Part shown: in pieces, positions 5,952-12,178 of the stretch
Position numbering within the stretch: position 1 is the stretch's first letter
Layout: every line of letters begins with the position of its first letter
NCBI GenBank assembly: GCA_039801225.1
Contig: JBDRUH010000048.1
Span: forward strand, 1 to 12,178
Direction of reading: 5' to 3'
Length of the DNA: 12,178 nt
Source of the DNA: a candidate division WOR-3 bacterium
GTDB taxonomy: Bacteria; Hydrothermota; Tepidihabitantia; Tepidihabitantales; Tepidihabitantaceae
Notes under the pieces: model-generated
Told to the model about the DNA's origin: nothing
What the model saw: the letters and a program-made list of their open reading frames with translations, nothing else
The model's database searches: none
Translations under genes and position numbers: made by a program

Positions 5952-8471
5952 TTATTTCTCTTCAGGTCCGGTCTCCGACTCTTCGGTCTTGAAGTCCTCC
6001 TCTTTCATAAGGATTTCAATCTTTGCCTGTGCCCGGAGGTTCTTTATCAGTTCATCGTAGAGCTGTTTTTCCTTTTCCCGGCGAAGTCGGGTTTCAATCT
6101 TGCTCCTAACCTCGCTAAAGGAACGGGTATATGCCGGCTTTTTCTCCTCTATTTTGAGGATGGTGTAGGTTGTATCATTGATTTTTATGACCGGAGAGAT
6201 GCTTCCTTTGCTCAGACTGTAGGCGGCACGGACAATTTTGGGGTCCCGGGATTTGTCATCAGGTGTTAGGGAGAGTTCACCGCCCGCCCATTTACTGCCT
6301 CCGGCAGAGAAACGGCGGATTAGTTCGGCAAAGTCGGCTTTCTGGGTGGTGTCTTTGCGGGTGATTTTGACGACGAGGTGGCCGCCGGGAATAGGATAGG
6401 GTGCGCTGACATCACCGGCGTTGAGTTGGAAAAGACTCTTAGTAAATGTTAACGGCAGGGTTTTGACCAGTTGGCAATAGGTGCCAAGTCGGCTGGAGTC
6501 GGGTTTAACATCAGGCGGAAGGAGACGGGTTAAATCATCCCAGGTCTGGATGGCGATTGGCTGAGGCTGATAGAGCAGGTCTTCAAGAGAGAGATCAGAG
6601 AAGGCGAAACTGTAAAATCTTGATTGAACAAATGGTCCGACAAGCGAGGCGGCTTGAGAGAGGTCGGGGACATCTTTACCACCGATATTTTTCACTAAAA
6701 CATTAGGAAGGCGAGCCGGGTAGCCGGCAAGACAGCCAAGGGCGACAAAGGAGTCGGTGTTGGTGATCTGATGGAAAAGGTTGGCAACCTCTTGGACATT
6801 TTCCTGCTCCGGGATAAATAATACCACACCATCAACCAGCGCCGGAATCTTGCCGCTAACCGCCCAGTTGCGAATCTGCTCACCCCGTTTTTTACTCTTG
6901 ACAATCAGTTCCCGACAGCGGACCCGGGTTGGCTCTTTATAGTCGTTAATCGTCCTTTTGTATTCGGCGTACAGGGTGGCAGAGTCAAGTTTGACCTTTT
7001 CCGTAGTCTGGCGGCGCCGATAGAGGTCAACGAGAAGGGTAACGCGTCGGGTGAGTAACTGCTCAAACACCCGGTTACTGAGCCAGAGTTTTTCCTTTTC
7101 GCAAACCTTGAGCAGTAGTTTCTCAGTGATTAACTGGTCAAGGATACGCCGTTTGCCCTCCGGGGTTTCAAACTGCCCGCGGAAGAAGGGAGGAATGGCA
7201 TTGAGCCGCTCTTCCAGCTGGGCGCGGGTAATCGGAATTCCATTGACGACCGCCAAAGTCTCACGATTCTGATCAATCGCCAGGGTATCCTGTTGGATGG
7301 TGTTTAGTTTCTTCAGCCGGGCGATTTCTTGTTCGTAGAGCTGATTGGTGCGTGTCTGGCGCAATTCTATTGCAATCTGGTTCTTAACTTCGCCAAAATT
7401 TTTTACCGTGCGGGGCTTTTTTTCCGTAACTCGGAGAATAACAAAGGTGTCTTTGAGGGCGATAGGTAAACTGATCTCACCCGGTTTCATTTTGAACGCA
7501 ACTTTTTCTATCTTCTCGGGCTGGACGCCGCGGGCAAAAAGTCCCATATCACCGCCGCGCTCCTTGTCCGGAGCGATGGAGTAGAGTTTGACAATCGTGT
7601 CCCATTTACTGGTGTCGGCAATCAAAATGGTACGCAGGGAGTCGGCAAGGGGTTTGTTGGTTACGATGAGTTGATAGGCGTGGACCTTTTCCGGAGTAAT
7701 GTATTTAGACCGGTTCTTTTTGTAATAGCCGCGCAGCTCCTTTTCACTGGGTTCGGCATTACTGGTGACATAGCGTTCATACCATATCTGAAACATCGCT
7801 CGGTTGCGGGTGTCTTTTAAGTTACCGGCAATTTGGGGGTCGGAACTAAGATTAGAGGCAACCGCCGCTTCATAGAGCAGACGGTTGTTGATCATTGTGT
7901 CCAAAAGTTCCTGTTTTTTGCTGAAGGGTTCGTAGGCGGCAGGGTTGCGACTTATGCGGTCGTCAAGTTCAATACGGGTGATCGGGTAGCCGTTGACATA
8001 GGCAACACGGTCTTGATAGTTTTTCTTAAAACAGCGTTCAATCGCCTCCAGCGCCTCCTGACCATAAGCGGATTTGAAGTAATGAGTCGCCAACTCCTCA
8101 TAACTCTTTGCCGCATCCAGAAACTTTTCCTGCATTTCCTGACTCAATGCCAAGCGATAGAGCACCTCAGGTGTGCGGGGGTGTTTGGAAAAATCGAGGA
8201 GCAATTGCTGATAGATGGATTCTGCTTTAGGATAATTATTCGCTTTGTCTAAGTAATAGTCACCCAATTCCAGCCGGATAAGGAATTTTTCTTGCGGGCT
8301 GGCGACCCGGTTATTAAGCTGAGTCAAAAGGGAATAGGCGTGGGCGTAGTCCTGTTCGGCGTAGTAGAAATAGAGGGTATCTAATGCCGGCAAGGTGGCA
8401 TAGGCGAAAACGCAAAATGCGAGGTGCAATATAGCAATTTTAATTTTTACTTTAGTATTTTGCCGTTTCAT
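5952..8471 (-). CDS. Periplasmic foldase: signal peptide, TPR repeats, then two SurA/PrsA N-domain + parvulin-type PPIase modules
   Basis: SD AGGAGG 8482-8477; AYA cleavage site; TPR helices (YPKAESIYQQLL, PEVLYRLAL); duplicated VNGxPITR; GGDMGLF and GGELSL; KPGEISLPI and SKGSISPVI; C-terminal LRAQAKIEI. Confidence 0.9.
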   Translation of the reverse strand: MKRQNTKVKIKIAILHLAFCVFAYATLPALDTLYFYYAEQDYAHAYSLLTQLNNRVASPQEKFLIRLELGDYYLDKANNYPKAESIYQQLLLDFSKHPRTPEVLYRLALSQEMQEKFLDAAKSYEELATHYFKSAYGQEALEAIERCFKKNYQDRVAYVNGYPITRIELDDRISRNPAAYEPFSKKQELLDTMINNRLLYEAAVASNLSSDPQIAGNLKDTRNRAMFQIWYERYVTSNAEPSEKELRGYYKKNRSKYITPEKVHAYQLIVTNKPLADSLRTILIADTSKWDTIVKLYSIAPDKERGGDMGLFARGVQPEKIEKVAFKMKPGEISLPIALKDTFVILRVTEKKPRTVKNFGEVKNQIAIELRQTRTNQLYEQEIARLKKLNTIQQDTLAIDQNRETLAVVNGIPITRAQLEERLNAIPPFFRGQFETPEGKRRILDQLITEKLLLKVCEKEKLWLSNRVFEQLLTRRVTLLVDLYRRRQTTEKVKLDSATLYAEYKRTINDYKEPTRVRCRELIVKSKKRGEQIRNWAVSGKIPALVDGVVLFIPEQENVQEVANLFHQITNTDSFVALGCLAGYPARLPNVLVKNIGGKDVPDLSQAASLVGPFVQSRFYSFAFSDLSLEDLLYQPQPIAIQTWDDLTRLLPPDVKPDSSRLGTYCQLVKTLPLTFTKSLFQLNAGDVSAPYPIPGGHLVVKITRKDTTQKADFAELIRRFSAGGSKWAGGELSLTPDDKSRDPKIVRAAYSLSKGSISPVIKINDTTYTILKIEEKKPAYTRSFSEVRSKIETRLRREKEKQLYDELIKNLRAQAKIEILMKEEDFKTEESETGPEEK

Positions 8472-8528
8472 TTTTGCCTCCTGTTAAAAATTTAATTATC
8501 TTCACCCACTTCAACAGAAGACGAGGTC

Positions 8529-8621
8529 TGTAGGGCAAACCTTCAGGTTTAGTTTCGGAAAAGCAAGGCTAAAGCCTTGCCCTACATCACCCGTCCAACT
8601 TAGAGCAAACTTCAGGTTTGC
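8529..8621. repeat. GTAG-type REP-like doublet plus a degenerate third unit
   Basis: TGTAGGGCAA 8529-8538 / TTGCCCTACA 8577-8586; internal hairpins AAACCT-TC-AGGTTT (8537-8550) and GCAAGGCT-AA-AGCCTTGC (8563-8580); TAGA-GCAAAC-TTCAG-GTTTGC at 8601-8621. Confidence 0.75.
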
Positions 8622-8664
8622 GTTCCTTTCAGACGCAGAGTGCGTTCCGCATTATCCTGACCGG

Positions 8665-9264
8665 TTAGCGGAGGATTTGCAGGGCGATCATCATCACCGT
8701 TCCGGAAAAAAGTGGCACGACAACATTGTCGTTGATTTCAAATGGCAAAGCCTCCACCACCGATGCGGCGATGGCACCAATCATACCAACTATAAAAGGC
8801 AAGTCAATATCAGGGAGAATTGAGACAATATAAGCGATGCCGATACCGGTAATGAGCCCGGCAATGGTTCCTTCCAGGGTTTTGCGGAACACTTTGATTT
8901 TCCCGAACGATAGCCCGACAATTGCGGCAACGGTATCACCGATCGCCAGAAAGGATATGGCAGCGATGAATACCCCCTTATTACCACCAAAGATTAACAT
9001 TGAGAAAAGGGAGGCGACCATCAGATAACTACCACCGGTTAGCGAGGTGAACTCGCGACGACGCAAGAGGGAGCCGAAAAGTATGATAAATATGTTTTTG
9101 ATCGGGTTAAGGCGCAACCGGAGCAGGTCAACCAGAAGGAATATGGTGGTGGCTAATGCCATCAGAATCAGGGAAAGGGCGCGAGAGGGTATTGTGTAAT
9201 AGGCGATAGGAATAAGGAGGGCGGTCAGATGCACCAATTTCCGCCCTAATTCGGGACCTAAAAC
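8665..9264 (-). CDS. CTP-dependent polyprenol/diacylglycerol kinase family (Sec59/Dgk1/Vte5-like) membrane protein; start uncertain
   Basis: ELGRKLVH, GDTVAAIVG, KTLEG and NDNVVVP motifs; highly hydrophobic. First canonical start is TTG 9237, but the in-frame ExxRK motif lies at 9252-9238. Confidence 0.8.
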   Translation of the reverse strand, partial: VLGPELGRKLVHLTALLIPIAYYTIPSRALSLILMALATTIFLLVDLLRLRLNPIKNIFIILFGSLLRRREFTSLTGGSYLMVASLFSMLIFGGNKGVFIAAISFLAIGDTVAAIVGLSFGKIKVFRKTLEGTIAGLITGIGIAYIVSILPDIDLPFIVGMIGAIAASVVEALPFEINDNVVVPLFSGTVMMIALQILR

Positions 9265-10238
9265 TCCACACCCCCGGAAATCTGTTGCGGGCTACCCAGT
9301 TCTCTTGCCTCTGGTGCCACGCCACTAGCATAGCCATAGTCTATGTGGAACCGTTTGAACCGAAAGCCCAGCCCGAAACTGAGGTTTTGCCGGTAAACTC
9401 CTACCCGGGCAAAGAGGAGATTCCGAAATGCATATTCCAAACCTATATTGGGATTAAAATCTTTTTCCTCAAACGCCCCCTCGGCTTCAAAAGCTATTTG
9501 GACACGGTCTCTACCCAGAGAGAAAAGTTTGCTTACACCGAATGCGGCACGGGGGGTAATGAGTTCTTTAGTGCCGGTGGACCAAAGCAATGGCGCGGTG
9601 CTCAAATTGCGCACCCGGAGACCAATAGTTATATCTTTTAGCGGTGAGGCGATAACCCCAAAATCAAGCCCCATACCGAAACAGGATGCGGTGCCACCCA
9701 GGTTCTGGTAAATTATTTTACCATTTCCCCCAAAACCAAAAATTGAAGAGATGATGCGGGAATAGTTGAAGTAGCAAATCAATTGATTGGCGTTGACGGT
9801 GCGATAAACATAGGGACGGTTGGTGTCGCTCGGGAGAGTATCAAGAGTATCGGGCAGTTTGGTGAGTTTTATCCCTGGAATGCCGTTGTGTAAGAGGGCA
9901 AATCCGAAGGACTGATTTTCTTTGGGAAATGTGATACCTAAGAAGTTGTGTTTTACCAAGCCAGAGAAGTCCTCGGAGTGCATCAAAAGAGCCGAGGGGC
10001 GCGGCAAACGGGCGCACAGCGCCGGGTTGTAATAAATGGCGCTGGGGTCGGTGCTTGCTGATACAACTGCGCCACCCATACCGAGCGCCCGGGCTGATGT
10101 ACCCAGTTCTTCAAAGTCACCAGAATATTTTGTTGCCAGTGCTATTGAAAACAGGGCAAAGGGCAAAATGAAATAGAACAACTCAAAATGCAAAATTTTC
10201 TTTTTGGCTTTTGGCTTTTGGCTTATTCTCAGTTCCAT
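9258..10238 (-). CDS. PorV/PorQ-family outer-membrane beta-barrel
   Basis: SD GGAGG 10249-10245; ALA cleavage site; SARALGMGGA...DPSAIYYNPA signature of the FadL/PorV superfamily; amphipathic strands; C-terminal Phe. Confidence 0.85.
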   Translation of the reverse strand: MELRISQKPKAKKKILHFELFYFILPFALFSIALATKYSGDFEELGTSARALGMGGAVVSASTDPSAIYYNPALCARLPRPSALLMHSEDFSGLVKHNFLGITFPKENQSFGFALLHNGIPGIKLTKLPDTLDTLPSDTNRPYVYRTVNANQLICYFNYSRIISSIFGFGGNGKIIYQNLGGTASCFGMGLDFGVIASPLKDITIGLRVRNLSTAPLLWSTGTKELITPRAAFGVSKLFSLGRDRVQIAFEAEGAFEEKDFNPNIGLEYAFRNLLFARVGVYRQNLSFGLGFRFKRFHIDYGYASGVAPEARELGSPQQISGGVEF

Positions 10239-10252
10239 AAATTTCCTCCCAT

Positions 10253-11548
10253 TTATCCGGGTAGTTTTCTCACCCGGGTGGTAAGTTGTTTTTTCATCGT
10301 GTATCTGGGATGAGAATAGGTCGGACGAAGGGTAATATTGATAGTATATTCACCTGCGGGCACAAACTCACCCTGATTGTTCCTGCCATCCCAGGCGATG
10401 AGCACCTCACCCGGTCCCTGCTGATGCACTGGGGTAAGGTTACGGACTAAATTTTTGAGGGTATCGGTTATTTCAATGACGATCTCGGCGCGCTGGGTGA
10501 GGTACAGGGCGATGGTTGTCCCGGGGCGCTCAGAGTTAAACACCTCAGGAAAACAGCCGATAAGATAGCCGTCTAAAGCAATAAGGTAGTATTGACCGCC
10601 ATCAGCCTCGCTGATAAAAACCTGACCGAACTTTCTGCCGATGGCAATTCCTCGGGGTGAGTTGAAAACCGGTTCATCAGCACTGCCAGATGGACCCCGC
10701 CCGAAAGAGGTGATGTATTTCAGAGCGGGGTCAAAGATGTGAATCTGAGAGTTGAGCCGGTCGGTTACATAGAGATTACCGTGCCGGTCAAAGGCGCAGT
10801 AGGCAAAGTCGGCGCTATCCAAGCCTATTCGCCGGCAGTCAATTGTGCGTTTAATCTCACCGGAAAGGGAGAGCTGGTTTATTCTCATACCCGACCGGTC
10901 AACAACTACGAAAAGGTCCTGTCCGGTCTCGTTGAACTGGGCAGAATGGTCAAGGATGGCGATGGCGGTGGGATTTTCCAGTCCGGAACAAACAGTCTGG
11001 CGAGTGCCCTCGGGTGAATAAGCCACCACCCCAAGTTGATTGTCGGTTACATAAACATAGCCTTTGGAGTCCATTGTAACATCATAAGGAAGATTGAGGT
11101 TAGAATCAACCACCGCCACCCATCTCAGTTCACCGTTGGTATAACGCAATCGGACCAGGCGGTTGTTATCCCGGTCGGCAACAAACACATCGCCGGCTTC
11201 ATTACAGGCGATTCCGTAGGGGTTTTTGAACTGACCGATACCGCTACCCTGAGTGCCAAATACCCGGAGGCGGTGAAGTTTTATGTTATACAATATCTGA
11301 CCGGTCCCAGAGTTTACCGCAAAGAGGGTGAGAAGGGCATCATCCCGCCAGGTGGTGGTGTCCTCCTCCTCTTTCATTTTGGCGCAGGCGAGCCCCTGGG
11401 GATTATCAATACGGAAATCATTACCAAGAACCATACTGATATAAAACGGGCTGATGCGGTTGAATCCCAGGGTGTGAGAGAATGGTGGCGGAATGAGTGT
11501 GGTGGGCACCCCAATGAGTTGAAGCAATGTCAGGACAACCGCCATCAT
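10253..11548 (-). CDS. Secreted NHL-repeat beta-propeller protein with C-terminal FlgD Ig-like domain
   Basis: Repeats such as FKNPYGIAC...VFVADRDNNRL, LPYDVTMD...VYVTD, LYVTDRLNSQIHIFD, FNSPRGIAI; C-terminal WDGRNNQGEFVPAGEY. Confidence 0.85.
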   Translation of the reverse strand: MMAVVLTLLQLIGVPTTLIPPPFSHTLGFNRISPFYISMVLGNDFRIDNPQGLACAKMKEEEDTTTWRDDALLTLFAVNSGTGQILYNIKLHRLRVFGTQGSGIGQFKNPYGIACNEAGDVFVADRDNNRLVRLRYTNGELRWVAVVDSNLNLPYDVTMDSKGYVYVTDNQLGVVAYSPEGTRQTVCSGLENPTAIAILDHSAQFNETGQDLFVVVDRSGMRINQLSLSGEIKRTIDCRRIGLDSADFAYCAFDRHGNLYVTDRLNSQIHIFDPALKYITSFGRGPSGSADEPVFNSPRGIAIGRKFGQVFISEADGGQYYLIALDGYLIGCFPEVFNSERPGTTIALYLTQRAEIVIEITDTLKNLVRNLTPVHQQGPGEVLIAWDGRNNQGEFVPAGEYTINITLRPTYSHPRYTMKKQLTTRVRKLPG

Positions 11549-11553
11549 TTAAG

Positions 11554-11581
11554 ATGATATTGAGATAGTGAGAGAAGTCAA
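11554..11581 (-). promoter_or_regulatory. Sigma70-like promoter of the NHL-PorV-kinase unit, probably leaderless
   Basis: Minus strand TTGACT (11581-11576), 16 bp, TATCAT (11559-11554); tandem ATGs at 11548 and 11545 lie 5 and 8 nt downstream; no SD. Confidence 0.65.
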
Positions 11582-11604
11582 CCGCTCACCGCTCCTCACC
11601 CGCG

Positions 11605-11792
11605 GTCATTGCGAGCTCCTCGGCTCCGTCATTCCGAGCTTGCCGAGGAATCCTTTGTATTCAATTCAAAAGTCAAATCTCTAAAGTTAAATCTTGAATA
11701 TCAAAATTCCCGGATTCTTCGTTTTGGCTTTTAGATTTTGGCTTTTGACTTGTCCCAAAATTCGGGCTCGGGGCAGGCTCCGCAAACCAACC
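11605..11792. repeat. Composite GTCATT-type REP-like element enclosing a palindromic heptamer array
   Basis: Direct repeat GTCATT[G/C]CGAGCT at 11605 and 11628; TCCTCGGC 11617-11624 / GCCGAGGA 11642-11649; six 7-mers at 11665-11706 facing four TTTT-led 7-mers at 11722-11749; closing arms GCTCGG 11766-11771 and GCTCCGCAA 11777-11785. Confidence 0.65.
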
Positions 11793-11854
11793 CCTTCTCC
11801 ACTGTGTGCCGTTAGCCGGTTTCCTTTAGTAAATAACTGGCTGCCGCTCCTGTA

Positions 11855-12178
11855 TCAGTGCCGAATATAACTTAATCCTGTGGTAGCGGTGAAGCCCGGA
11901 GCGGTCGTTTTTCCGATGATGTAGCCCGGGGTTTTCCAGCCGGCAGTGGCAGTTATCTGCCAGTTGCGGGTGAGATTGAAGTTGATCGTGGCACTGAGAG
12001 CGCCACCGCGGCCGTAAAACTGCTGTTGCCAGAAATCGGCAGTTAACCCCAGGCTGAATCTCTCAGTAGAAATGATTTCCGGTGCGGCAACACCAGCACC
12101 GATGCCATTAAGCGGGAAACTGTAGCGAAGATAACCGGTATAAAATCTGCCTTTTATCCGGAGATAATTCAAAAGGTA
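11855..12178 (-). CDS. C-terminal part of a probable outer-membrane beta-barrel protein (starts beyond the window)
   Basis: Frame is open to the right edge; alternating hydrophobic strands (FSLGLTADFW, ALSATINFNL, WQITATAGW, FTATTGLSY). Confidence 0.7.
   Translation of the reverse strand, partial: YLLNYLRIKGRFYTGYLRYSFPLNGIGAGVAAPEIISTERFSLGLTADFWQQQFYGRGGALSATINFNLTRNWQITATAGWKTPGYIIGKTTAPGFTATTGLSYIRH

Noticed and set aside
6695..11557. Overlapping ORFs such as 7833-8252, 9128-9337, 9285-9641 and 11036-11557
   Set aside because: Antisense or off-frame to strongly supported genes with no recognisable protein features.
8500..11850. CRISPR array or tRNA in the intergenic repeats
   Set aside because: No regularly spaced identical repeats with unique spacers and no cloverleaf or TTCGA T-loop context.

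Overview
A 12.2-kb stretch of a diderm bacterial chromosome. Gene content (PorV-family barrel, FlgD-Ig C-terminal domain, DUF5683-like protein) suggests an FCB-related or candidate lineage such as WOR-3, which is inference only. Left to right: a promoter-driven structured element at ~149-318 and an AT-rich orphan membrane-protein gene (minus); a plus-strand block of valS, an OmpA/MotB-like protein, a DUF5683-like protein and a degenerate class II glutamine amidotransferase; a bidirectional terminator; then a minus-strand envelope cluster (partial beta-barrel, NHL+FlgD-Ig secreted protein, PorV-family barrel, CTP-dependent polyprenol/DAG kinase, TPR-SurA/PrsA-like foldase). No tRNA, rRNA, CRISPR array, transposase or integrase is visible. 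The most unusual signals are: (1) a candidate switchable ncRNA with its own promoter; (2) palindromic 7-mer repeat arrays that appear to encode signal peptides, with a free copy nested in a REP-like element; (3) four sigma70-like promoters with 16-bp spacers, three abutting start codons (leaderless); (4) a parvulin domain nested inside another parvulin domain; (5) a kinase whose conserved N-terminal motif lies upstream of any canonical start codon; (6) several proteins with altered signature residues (ValRS RMSRS, Cys-less GATase, OmpA-like domain lacking Asp/Arg).
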